NCBI GenBank assembly: GCA_016180815.1
Contig: JACPAN010000003.1
Coordinates: 14,570 to 78,569 of the forward strand
Origin: Elusimicrobiota bacterium
GTDB taxonomy: Bacteria; Elusimicrobiota; Elusimicrobia; JACQPE01
Direction of reading: 5' to 3'
Length of the DNA stretch: 64,000 nt
In this document: positions 9,915-18,553 of the stretch, piece by piece
Numbering within the stretch: position 1 is the first letter of the stretch
How the letters are laid out: every line of letters starts with the position of its first letter
Notes under the pieces: generated by a model
What the model saw: only the letters and a program-made list of their open reading frames with translations
The model's database searches: none
What the model was told of the DNA's origin: nothing
Made by a program: the position numbers and the translations under genes

Positions 9915-11255
9915 AAGACTCGCAACTAGACCCGCTAACATACCCAAGACGATCCCTTTAGCCAATAAAATTTTAATATTTTTAATTTGGCTAGGAGGAG
10001 AAGCTGGGCTTAAAGGACGAAGAGCGGTAGGCGAGAGCGAACTGGCCAGCTTACTATCCGTGATTCTACTGTAGATCGTTTCAAACTCTTTCTGGGCAAT
10101 TTGGAGATCGCGTTGCAATGCGGCCAGTTCAATGCGTTGCGTGGCGATTGATTGCTGAAGCCTGGAAATATCCCGGAGATTTTGTTGGCTTAGAGTTTCC
10201 AGGTGTTCTTTTTTTGGTTTTAATGTTTGACTGGCCACATCGTAAGAGCTGATTTGTCTTTGGAGTTCGTCATGGAGGGAGTTAAAAGCTCCAAGCCTTA
10301 CGTTCGATTCGTTCTCGCCGGTTGAATTGGGAGCATTAGCAAGCATGACAAGCGTCTTGCCGGTAGAATTCTGTTTATTAGCCCTAGAATCTTCTTGGTA
10401 TTTCTGAATTTCTTCTTTTAATACGGGCAGGGCGATTTCAGCATCAGCCAGGTCGGTTTTTATTCTTTCTAATTGAGCCATGTATTCCAGAAGCTTGCCA
10501 TTCTTTATATTGAGCTCAGCCTCTTGAAGTGTCAACGTAGGTTTGATTAGTTCAACTTTTGCCTGGAGATCGTTGATGATTTTCTTATTATCCTGATATT
10601 GTTTGCTCAGCGCTGAGTAGCCGGTAAGAGAGTTTTCTGAGTTTAATTTAGCCAAAAATTCCAAGGTTGCTTCTTGCCAGGTAGAGGCCGCTGGTGAAAC
10701 AAGAGTTTGATCCTGGGAGTGGGCTTCGAAAGCCAGAATATTTGTTTTTGGGATGTCGGTTATCGCGAAACTGATTTGACCGTAAGGAAGGCCTTGGTTT
10801 TCCAATTTTTGTTTTGCGAGATTTATCACCCCCGCGCTTTTGGCTAGGACTTTATATTGTTCCTTGGCCTCTAATGTTCCTTGCTGCTGCTGCTGTTGCT
10901 GTTGTCTAATTTCCTCCAAAGGATTTAGAATTTTAGCCATGGGGGAAGCGATGAATTCAACCAAAACAGCGCTTTTGTATGTTTTAGGTGAGAGTGTGGC
11001 AAAGATAAGGCCCAGCAATCCTCCCAAGAGAGCGCCGGCCATAATGCCTGGCAAGTAGCGAGAAACAGCCTTAAAGATTTTGACTAGATCGATAACTTCT
11101 TCATTCGGCTGAAGATAAGCCCATGGTTGGCCGTAATATTGTGGGTAGGGTGCATTGGGTTGATGTTGAAGCGATTCTGGCGCAGGGGGGACTTGCCTTT
11201 CGGTTCTCATTGCGCGAGGGCGTCCTGTGGTCAATGTTTCAAGATCATCCGGCAT
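9876..11255 (-). CDS. Wzz/polysaccharide co-polymerase-like protein with long coiled coil and poly-Gln tract
   Basis: IDLVKIF, then a TM helix and PKTYKS; long Q/L/E-rich helical region; C-terminal P-rich segment plus TM; no tyrosine-kinase domain. Confidence 0.7.
   Translation of the reverse strand: MPDDLETLTTGRPRAMRTERQVPPAPESLQHQPNAPYPQYYGQPWAYLQPNEEVIDLVKIFKAVSRYLPGIMAGALLGGLLGLIFATLSPKTYKSAVLVEFIASPMAKILNPLEEIRQQQQQQQQGTLEAKEQYKVLAKSAGVINLAKQKLENQGLPYGQISFAITDIPKTNILAFEAHSQDQTLVSPAASTWQEATLEFLAKLNSENSLTGYSALSKQYQDNKKIINDLQAKVELIKPTLTLQEAELNIKNGKLLEYMAQLERIKTDLADAEIALPVLKEEIQKYQEDSRANKQNSTGKTLVMLANAPNSTGENESNVRLGAFNSLHDELQRQISSYDVASQTLKPKKEHLETLSQQNLRDISRLQQSIATQRIELAALQRDLQIAQKEFETIYSRITDSKLASSLSPTALRPLSPASPPSQIKNIKILLAKGIVLGMLAGLVASLLFYHRKQLIPAI
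10881..10904 (-). repeat. (CAG/CAA)8 trinucleotide tract encoding Q8
   Basis: Plus strand ttgctgctgctgctgttgctgttg. Confidence 0.9.
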
Positions 11256-11262
11256 AATTTAA

Positions 11263-12456
11263 TTATAGCACCTGGTGGTAAAGCAGGGTAGTTGTCGTAA
11301 ACATCTGTTTAATGGAAAAGAATTTTTCAGCCCGTTGCCTGGCCGTTTGTCCAAATTTTGTTTTCAGCATTTCATTAGTGATGATTTTTTCTATAGCCTT
11401 GTTTAGAGATTCAGCGTCGATGAATGGAATTGTTAGGCCTGATTGACTATCTAAACTAGCTTCTGATACCCCGGTCGGCAAATTGGTGTTGATCACCGGT
11501 TTTCCGCAGGCCATGGCTTCCAGTTGCACCAGGCCGAAGGCTTCGTTATTGGTTATGGAGGGTAGGACGAAGACGTCGCAGGCATGGTAATAGGGAACCA
11601 GGTTTTGGCCTTTCAGGGCTCCCAGGAAGGATACTTTGCCGTTTAAACCCAATTTTTTTGCTTGTTGTTCAAGTCTGGCCCTGAGCGGGCCTTCGCCGAT
11701 AATAAGCAGTTTGGCTTCGGATTCGAGCATGCTCATGGCTTCTAAAAGGTATTTAAGGCCCTTGTAGGGCACCAGGCGGCCCACAAAGAGCAGAATGGGC
11801 TTATTGCCGTGGGTTTTGCGTATGGTTTCGGCTTTGCTCACAACCTCCGGCGTTGCGGCAAAATCTTCGATTTTAATGCCCAGGTAAATAACCGAGCATT
11901 TGTCTTTGAAATCGCGCAATGAGGGCGAGTTCTTGAGCAGATTATTGGATGTGACGATAATGCGGTCGGTTTGTTTTAGGAACCAGCGGGTCCAGGGAGC
12001 AAGCAGGAGGGCGGCTAGTTTTTGGCGGACAATGTCGGAGTGCCAGGTAGCGACCAATTTAAAATTTGATATTTGAGATTTCAGATTAAAAACACGGAGG
12101 AGCCAGTAAGAGAAGACAGCGAGGGGGAAGGGGAGGTGAAAGTGGACGATATCAGCTTCTTTGGACAGTTTTTTGAGCCAGAAGGGGAAAGCCGGGCTGA
12201 TGGGCATGGACCAGAGGCGGCCGAGGCTGGGGGCTTTGTAAACGGGAATACCGCCGATCATTTCAAATTTGAGATTTGAGATTTCAAATAAAGAAGAAAA
12301 AGAAGGGCGTTCATCGCAGCAGAGAACTTTGACGCCGAAGTCATCAGCGAAATCCTTAGCCAGGCCTTCGGCTAAGTCCTGAACGTGCTTTTCCACGCCG
12401 CCGATCCAGGGGTGATAGAGTTTGGTGACGAGGAGGAGTTTTGGTTTTTGAGGCAT
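11263..12456 (-). CDS. Glycosyltransferase family 4
   Basis: GGVE, HFHLP, FVGRLVPYKGL, EAFGLVQLEAMACGKPVI. Confidence 0.92.
   Translation of the reverse strand: MPQKPKLLLVTKLYHPWIGGVEKHVQDLAEGLAKDFADDFGVKVLCCDERPSFSSLFEISNLKFEMIGGIPVYKAPSLGRLWSMPISPAFPFWLKKLSKEADIVHFHLPFPLAVFSYWLLRVFNLKSQISNFKLVATWHSDIVRQKLAALLLAPWTRWFLKQTDRIIVTSNNLLKNSPSLRDFKDKCSVIYLGIKIEDFAATPEVVSKAETIRKTHGNKPILLFVGRLVPYKGLKYLLEAMSMLESEAKLLIIGEGPLRARLEQQAKKLGLNGKVSFLGALKGQNLVPYYHACDVFVLPSITNNEAFGLVQLEAMACGKPVINTNLPTGVSEASLDSQSGLTIPFIDAESLNKAIEKIITNEMLKTKFGQTARQRAEKFFSIKQMFTTTTLLYHQVL
12058..12092. repeat. Degenerate 7-bp tandem repeat (5 units) inside the GT4
   Basis: tttaaaa tttgata tttgaga tttcaga ttaaaaa; encodes FNLKSQISNFK. 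Confidence 0.8.
12261..12288. repeat. 7-bp tandem repeat (4 units) inside the GT4
   Basis: tttcaaa tttgaga tttgaga tttcaaa; encodes FEISNLKFE. Confidence 0.85.
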
Positions 12457-12463
12457 GGAGGGT

Positions 12464-13291
12464 TTATGCTGAATTAATGACGTCGATATTATCAGCCAGC
12501 CGCATTAAGCTTTCTTTGGAAAAAACATCGAGTTCGGCAACATCCTCCAGGAAGGGCCGCAGGTCTCTTTTGACGATTTCAATATCCAGGCCTGCGATAC
12601 GGTGTTTGAGGCGTTCCGCCAGCCAGGCGGGGTTGGCCTCAACCTGCACTTCTGTCGCCTGGCGGTACCCCGCGGCCAAGTGTTTGCCGTTGACCGGAGT
12701 TTTGCGCGTTCGGTACCAGATAAAATCGTACCAATCTCTCCCCTTTGTGTATTTACGCAGCAGAAGCGCGCACAGCTTGCCGGAGAACAGCGAGGGCAGA
12801 TCATGCTGGAGAATATTGAATAGAAATTTTCGTTGAACAGGAGTGACGATCGCTTTGGCATGAAGGGGGGGATTTGAGTCCGCCTCCACTTTGACCGCTA
12901 AAATTTGATTTTTGGGCACAGCCGGATCCAGGCGCCACCAGAGGTCGGAGAATCTCAAAAAACTCGACCGCACGGCGCCGATAGTTTTTGTTTTGGCGGT
13001 TACGGAAAAGCCGAGTTGCTCGAGAGTCTTGGGCAGGGAGTCGCCATAGTTTTCAAAAGAAACCTTTTGTTCTTTGCCCGGAGCTGCGGAAAAGTCGAGA
13101 TCTTCGGAAAATCGCTTCAGATCGTAGAGGATTCTAAGCGCCGTACCTCCCATAAAAGCGAAGTCCGAAAAAAACCCTGCTTGCGAGAGAATCCGTAGGG
13201 TAAGGTACTGAAGTTCTTCGCGCAAAGCCCGTAAGCGGCGAGCAGGGTTTTTTTCTCGTTGAAGTTCCTCGATGATCTGATCTTTCATCAA
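12464..13291 (-). CDS. abiEii: AbiEii-family nucleotidyltransferase toxin (type IV TA)
   Basis: FMGGTALR, RFSEDLDF, LFSGKLCALL and KGRDWYD motifs. Confidence 0.88.
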   Translation of the reverse strand: MMKDQIIEELQREKNPARRLRALREELQYLTLRILSQAGFFSDFAFMGGTALRILYDLKRFSEDLDFSAAPGKEQKVSFENYGDSLPKTLEQLGFSVTAKTKTIGAVRSSFLRFSDLWWRLDPAVPKNQILAVKVEADSNPPLHAKAIVTPVQRKFLFNILQHDLPSLFSGKLCALLLRKYTKGRDWYDFIWYRTRKTPVNGKHLAAGYRQATEVQVEANPAWLAERLKHRIAGLDIEIVKRDLRPFLEDVAELDVFSKESLMRLADNIDVINSA

Positions 13292-13296
13292 AATAC

Positions 13297-13923
13297 TCAG
13301 GAAGTCATCTTTAGCGCGCGGGATAATGCCGCTGCGGCGACGGCAATTTTTTTGGATTCGAATCGCCCGGCTGTTTCCATCAATTTTTTTCGGGAAAGCG
13401 ATTCCGTGTTTTGAAGGCGAAGGATATCAATGTAATCTCCGGGGTCGGCAACCTTGCGGTCATCCAGGTAAATCCAATCAAGAAGCGCTTTTTCCGGCCG
13501 GGCTAAATAGGTGATTGACCCTTGGCCTTCAAGCCGGTCGAAACCGAAGAATCTTTTTGGTGTTACATGGCAATAGCTGAAGCGGCCCAGGGAGTTGACA
13601 AAACGCATGGTTTTTCGCGTGGTTATTGATGTCCATTCGGCGACTCGTTCCGGGATCAATTCATAGTGGCTTAAAGCCGATTCCAACGAGAGATAAGAAG
13701 GGAAATAAAGTAAGGAGGCGGCGGCTTCGCCGCTGAGCGGTTGAGCGGACATTTGCGGGGGCAGCGCATAAAGTCCTCTTCTAAGCCGCATAAGTTTTTC
13801 TTTTTTGACCCAAAGCATTAATAAATTAGACAAAGTTCGGCTGTTTCCCGGGATCGCATTGATAACAGTGGAGTCAATAATAGGAAAGGGTTTAGCGTAG
13901 TTCACGAAGTCTTCGTAGCGCAT
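13297..13923 (-). CDS. abiEi: AbiEi-family antitoxin/regulator
   Basis: RLRRGLY wHTH end; SYLSLESALSHYELIPE; TSITTRKT; ARPEKALLDWIY; directly upstream of abiEii. Confidence 0.85.
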   Translation of the reverse strand: MRYEDFVNYAKPFPIIDSTVINAIPGNSRTLSNLLMLWVKKEKLMRLRRGLYALPPQMSAQPLSGEAAASLLYFPSYLSLESALSHYELIPERVAEWTSITTRKTMRFVNSLGRFSYCHVTPKRFFGFDRLEGQGSITYLARPEKALLDWIYLDDRKVADPGDYIDILRLQNTESLSRKKLMETAGRFESKKIAVAAAALSRALKMTS

Positions 13924-13926
13924 AAA

Positions 13927-13972
13927 TTATATTTCTGTTATTCACATTATATAGTGAATATTAGAAATATAA
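13927..13972. promoter_or_regulatory. Inverted repeat, probable AbiEi operator
   Basis: TTATATTTCT GT TATTCAC - 8 nt - GTGAATA TT AGAAATATAA; 19-bp arms with 2 mismatches, 3 bp upstream of the abiEi ATG. Confidence 0.75.
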
Positions 13973-13990
13973 AAGTATCAATTCCGTTAA

Positions 13991-14455
13991 TTATACTTTT
14001 GATATAAGTAGTGGAAACGTTTTAATGTGGATGACGCGCCGGTTGTTTGTTCGGCCGGGATGAAACGACAGGGTAAGGGTTTTGGCGGGGATGGGCCAGG
14101 CGGGGGGTAGTTTTTCCGCCCATTCAATGGCCACGATGTTCTTAGGGTTTTCCAGGTATTCGGATAGACCGATGCCTTCAAGGTCCGGGGCTTTATCTAG
14201 GCGGTAAAGATCAGCATGGACTAAATTGGCTTTTGCGCCTTGGTATTCCTGAATCAGAACAAAGCTGGGGCTTTTAACCGGGCGTTTGACGCCCATGGCC
14301 TTGGCCAGGCCACGGACAAAAACGGTTTTACCGGAGCCCAAATTGCCGGAGAGTAGGATTAAGCGTATATTTTTTGTCATGCAAATATCGAGAATTTTTT
14401 TGGCCAAGGCCATGGTTTTTTGTTCGGAGCGGGAAGTAAATCGGCGGGGGGGCAT
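13991..14455 (-). CDS. tsaE: tRNA t6A biosynthesis ATPase; likely start 14455
   Basis: LSGNLGSGKT, VKSPSFVL, HADLYRL, AIEWAE. Confidence 0.92.
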   Translation of the reverse strand: MPPRRFTSRSEQKTMALAKKILDICMTKNIRLILLSGNLGSGKTVFVRGLAKAMGVKRPVKSPSFVLIQEYQGAKANLVHADLYRLDKAPDLEGIGLSEYLENPKNIVAIEWAEKLPPAWPIPAKTLTLSFHPGRTNNRRVIHIKTFPLLISKV

Positions 14456-14459
14456 TTGA

Positions 14460-15584
14460 TTAACGTTGCGTTGAGATTGGATCTCGGGCGCTGAGGATTT
14501 CGCGGACGGCTTGGGAAACTTCATTCACGCTCAGGGTTTTTAAGCAATCATGGGTTTGTGTCCAGCAAATGAATTCATTGCTTTTAAAGCGAGAGCGGTC
14601 GTAAACAGTATCGGGCGTGTAGCAGGGGCTGCAACTTACTTGTTTCCATAGCTGGCGGTGATTAGGGCCCGGCGGGGCCACGAGATTGGGGGATGACGGC
14701 CCGAACAGCATCAAGGTCGGCGTGCCTAGGGCTGCGGCCAGATAAAGAGGCCCGGAATCGCCGCCGATAACCAGGCGGCAGTTTTTCAAAAGGCCCAATA
14801 GCTCGGTGATGGTGGTTTGACCGGCTAGGTTAAAAACGGAATTTCCGGTGGGATCAGTTGCGTTTTTTAGCCATGAGCAGAGTTCATGATCGGATTGATT
14901 GCCGAGAAGAAGAATTTGAGGGGGCAATTGTTTGATCAGCTCCGCATATTTTTCTTTTTCCCAGCGTTTGATTTTCATGGATGTGCCCGGGTTCTGCCCG
15001 CCGCCGGGGAATATGGCGATGGGACGCAGGGAAAGATCAAGGCCTGCCTGCTCAGCGATTTTTTGAGCTGACGCTTGCTCATCGCCTTTAAGATCGAGGG
15101 AGTATTCTTGTCCGGTTGACGGGATGTTTAAAGCCTGGGCAATGGCCAAATAGCGTTGTGTTTCATGGATTTGCGGGTTAAATAGGACAGGATGGTTCAG
15201 GAATAGGTTGATTCCGCTTTTAAAGCCTGCGCGCAGGGGGATTCGGCTAAAAAACGCCAGCGCGCCAAATACCGGGGAGCGGTGCCCGATAAAAGCCAAA
15301 TCATAACGTCGCCGGGACAATTCTCGGGCCAAGCGCAGAAACGAGAACAGGCCTTCGGCCCAGGAAATCGTTTTATACGGCTCATCCCACAGGATGACTT
15401 CGTTAATGCCCGGGACGCGCTGGGCGATGTTTTGAACCCAGGAGGCGCAGAGAAAATCCATTTGAGCCTGGGGAAAACGCATTTTTAATGCGCGCAATGC
15501 CGGGGTCATTTGGACAATATCGCCAATGCAACAGAGTTTGACGATTAAAATGCGACGGATGTTTTTGGGGTCAGATATGGACAT
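14460..15584 (-). CDS. Glycosyltransferase family 9 (LPS heptosyltransferase-like)
   Basis: IGDIV; KRWEKEKY; IGGDSGPLYLAAALGTPTLMLFGP; CSPC. Confidence 0.88.
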   Translation of the reverse strand: MSISDPKNIRRILIVKLCCIGDIVQMTPALRALKMRFPQAQMDFLCASWVQNIAQRVPGINEVILWDEPYKTISWAEGLFSFLRLARELSRRRYDLAFIGHRSPVFGALAFFSRIPLRAGFKSGINLFLNHPVLFNPQIHETQRYLAIAQALNIPSTGQEYSLDLKGDEQASAQKIAEQAGLDLSLRPIAIFPGGGQNPGTSMKIKRWEKEKYAELIKQLPPQILLLGNQSDHELCSWLKNATDPTGNSVFNLAGQTTITELLGLLKNCRLVIGGDSGPLYLAAALGTPTLMLFGPSSPNLVAPPGPNHRQLWKQVSCSPCYTPDTVYDRSRFKSNEFICWTQTHDCLKTLSVNEVSQAVREILSARDPISTQR

Positions 15585-15616
15585 TTGGCAGGGACAATGG
15601 TGTCTGTCACTATTTT

Positions 15617-16987
15617 TTAACGCAGAAAAAGACTGGCTACAAAAAGATACGTGCCGACGCTGATTAAATCAGTCAACGTGGTGACCAGAGGGCCGGTAGC
15701 TGTGGCCGGATCGATTTTAAAGCGGTTTAAAACAAAGGGCCAAAGCCCGCCCAACATGGCTGCGATGGTCATGGAAGTCAGCATGCCTAAGGCTACAGTC
15801 AGGGGAAACAGGCCGCCCAGTCGGTTTCCATATAAGGCAAAAGCCAGAAGGCCGCCCAAAACAGCATAGGTTAAGCCCAGGCTCAGCCCGACAAATCCTT
15901 CCCTGGAAACCGAGCGGCGAAAATCCGTGGCTTTCCATTCGCCGGTGGCCAAAGCCCGGACCGCGATGGTGGATGATTGCGTGCCGATATTGCCGCCCAT
16001 GGCCGCGATAAAGGGCATAAAGCTCGCCAACGCGATGAATTTGGACAAAGTGTCTTCGAATGATTTGACCACATGGGCCACGACGAATTGTCCGCCGCAG
16101 GTGATGATGAGCCAGGGCATGCGCAAAAGCGCCACTTGCCAGATTTTCATGCGCGTTAACTCGTCGGCCTGGGTACCGGCCATTTTTGCGATGTCTTCCG
16201 TGGCTTCCTGCTGCACCACGTTTAAAACATCATCGATGACCACGGTTCCTAAAAGTTTGTTGTCACGATCGACAACCGGGATGCTTTTTAAATTGTATTT
16301 GGTAAACATTTTGGCGACTTCTTCTTGATCGGTTTCAGGCTGCACCCTGAGAAGCCCGGCGGGCCACATGATGTCGCCGATTTTACTGTCCTGCGGCGCG
16401 GCGATCAACGTGCGCAGGGAAAGAATGCCGAGCAAATGATTGTCCTTGTCCGACACATACAGCGTGTAGAGCTCGCCCACGTTTTTTAACCTGGCCGTGG
16501 CTTGCAGGCGCTCCAGCGTCAGGTTGGCTTTCCAATTGGGATCAACGCAAAAGTATTCATGCTGCATGAGGGCCCCGGTCGAGCCGGCCGGCCAAGGAGC
16601 GCGATCCGGCGAATGGGCGGGGAGGCGTTGCTTTCTGGCTTGCGCCTGAAGCTGTCTGTAAAAGCGTTCGCCGCGCGAGCCGAAAAGCCGCAGCTGCTCT
16701 TCCAGGGCGATGGAATTGATCCATTTCGTGGTGTCCGCGCCCCGGGTGTTATGCAGAAGAAATTCTTGTTCTTTGGTGTCTAATTCTTCAAAGAGTTGAA
16801 GGGCCCGGTTTGAGGTCAAGATTTTAAAAAGAAGAACTTTTTCCTCATCGGCGAATTCATGCCAGCCCTCGGCCAATTCAAAGGGGGAGATTTCGCTTAA
16901 AACTTTTTTGAGCGTCCAATAATCCTTGCTGTGAAGATAAGACTTGATTTCCGGGACAAAAAGGGTATAAAGTTTGAGGCTGTCCAT
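15617..16987 (-). CDS. mgtE: Magnesium transporter MgtE; likely start 16987
   Basis: AGALM-like segment (TGALMQ), CBS pair, LRMPWL, MGGNIGTQS, DPATATGPLVTTLTD. Confidence 0.93.
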   Translation of the reverse strand: MDSLKLYTLFVPEIKSYLHSKDYWTLKKVLSEISPFELAEGWHEFADEEKVLLFKILTSNRALQLFEELDTKEQEFLLHNTRGADTTKWINSIALEEQLRLFGSRGERFYRQLQAQARKQRLPAHSPDRAPWPAGSTGALMQHEYFCVDPNWKANLTLERLQATARLKNVGELYTLYVSDKDNHLLGILSLRTLIAAPQDSKIGDIMWPAGLLRVQPETDQEEVAKMFTKYNLKSIPVVDRDNKLLGTVVIDDVLNVVQQEATEDIAKMAGTQADELTRMKIWQVALLRMPWLIITCGGQFVVAHVVKSFEDTLSKFIALASFMPFIAAMGGNIGTQSSTIAVRALATGEWKATDFRRSVSREGFVGLSLGLTYAVLGGLLAFALYGNRLGGLFPLTVALGMLTSMTIAAMLGGLWPFVLNRFKIDPATATGPLVTTLTDLISVGTYLFVASLFLR

Positions 16988-17025
16988 GATTGAGCAAATT
17001 CTAGCGTTTTTCGAGAATCGGGCCA

Positions 17026-17808
17026 ATGTCCGTTAGAACAGCGCTTGTTGAGAACAACATTTTGTCCGTGCGTCCGCTTCGATTGGATCGCTGCGAATCG
17101 ACGAAGTTTTTTTATGGGCGAATGAATGAAGCGCGTGATTTGCTGATTGAATGGGCTCAGGGACCGCGTCCGCGTTTTCATGCGTCGCTCAACGCCAACG
17201 CGCTTTATTGGGCGCATCATGACGCCTTGTTTCGGCAGGCCTTGCGCGAAGCGGATTTAGTTACGCCGGACGGAGATTCGATTTTATTGATGGGGAAGCG
17301 GCTGGGTTTTCCCGTCGCGCAAAAAATTGCGGGCATCGAACTGGCGGAGAGCCTGCTGTCTGTTTGCCGATTCCGCCGATGGGGGGTTTGTTTTGTCGGA
17401 CGCAGGGCGCCTGCGCTTGAGCGGCTTCGGCACATCGTTCGTCAGCGTTACCCGGGCTTGCCTGTTTTGATCGAACAATGGCGCGATGGAGCGGGTTTTG
17501 CGGAGCAATTAGGGGAGCGCATTCGCGGGGAAAATATCCGTATTTTATTGGCGGGTTTGCCCATGCCCCAGCAGGAAATTTGGCTTTGGCGTCACCGGCA
17601 TATTCTGGGCGCGCCCTTAAGCATGGGGATTGGGGGCGCTTTTGAGGTTTGGGCCGGGCTTCGCCGGCGCGCGCCTTTGGCCTGGCGACAAAGGAAACTG
17701 GAGTGGCTGCACCGGTTTTTGCAGGAGCCTTGGCGCCGATTTGGGCCCATGTATCGGGCCACGTTTTGGCTCGGCGCTCAATTGTTGAGCCGGCGCATGG
17801 TAAAATAA
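17026..17808 (+). CDS. WecG/TagA/CpsF glycosyltransferase
   Basis: ADLVTPDG, GLPMPQQEIW, GIGGAFEVWAG, RAPLAW, LEWLHRFLQEPWR. Start uncertain (17026 or 17122). Confidence 0.88.
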   Translation: MSVRTALVENNILSVRPLRLDRCESTKFFYGRMNEARDLLIEWAQGPRPRFHASLNANALYWAHHDALFRQALREADLVTPDGDSILLMGKRLGFPVAQKIAGIELAESLLSVCRFRRWGVCFVGRRAPALERLRHIVRQRYPGLPVLIEQWRDGAGFAEQLGERIRGENIRILLAGLPMPQQEIWLWRHRHILGAPLSMGIGGAFEVWAGLRRRAPLAWRQRKLEWLHRFLQEPWRRFGPMYRATFWLGAQLLSRRMVK

Positions 17809-17836
17809 AACCAATTCGCGCCATGAGGAGGTTTCC

Positions 17837-18553
17837 GTGAAATTCCACCGAATTTCTATCGCAACAGTTTTTATTCTTGCCAGCACTCGTTTGCCCATTG
17901 CCGCCCAAACCACCATCTATAATTTCAATGACGGCCGCGGGCCTGTGCCTGCTCATCAGCATTCCAACGGCGGCGGCTGGGTGGAGGATACAACCTTGGT
18001 GGCTCCAACAGCATATGTGGGTACGGGAGCTGTGGTTTACGGACGGGCTTGGGTTTGGGGTCATGCCAGGATTTTTGGTTTGGCCCGAGTTTTTGGGGAT
18101 GCTAAAGTTTCCAATCATGCCGCTGTTTTTGGAAACGCCCAGGTCTCAAGCGCTGCTTGGGTTCATGAAAATGCACAGGTTGCAGGCGAGGCGGCAGTCG
18201 GCGGCATGAGCATGGTTGCTGGCAATGCCATGATTTTGGAACATGCCTGGATTAGCGGCGAGGCGCAGGTTTATGATCAGGCTGCCGTTAGTGGTCAGGC
18301 GCAGGTTTCAGGAAAGGCTCAGGTTGCTGGCGGGGCTACGGTTTATGGGCAAGCGGTGATTTCCGGAAACGCTTTGGTGTTTGGCGATGCCCAGGTTTAT
18401 GATAACGGCCATGTCACAGGCCAGGCCCAGGCCGGCGGGCACAGCCGCGTGCGCGGCTCGGGTCATGCCACCGGAACTGCGCTCTTAGATGGGTGCTTTG
18501 TGCTCAATAGCGGCGCCGTTAATATAGGCGTGCATGCCGCGCCTTGTCCTTAA
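17837..18553 (+). CDS. Secreted left-handed beta-helix (hexapeptide repeat) protein
   Basis: Strong SD GAGGAGG before a GTG start; signal-peptide-like N-terminus; ~27 A-x-V-x-G-x repeats. Confidence 0.75.
   Translation: MKFHRISIATVFILASTRLPIAAQTTIYNFNDGRGPVPAHQHSNGGGWVEDTTLVAPTAYVGTGAVVYGRAWVWGHARIFGLARVFGDAKVSNHAAVFGNAQVSSAAWVHENAQVAGEAAVGGMSMVAGNAMILEHAWISGEAQVYDQAAVSGQAQVSGKAQVAGGATVYGQAVISGNALVFGDAQVYDNGHVTGQAQAGGHSRVRGSGHATGTALLDGCFVLNSGAVNIGVHAAPCP

Noticed and set aside
17261-18118. 285-aa antisense ORF
   Set aside because: Shadow of two well-supported plus-strand genes; no motifs.
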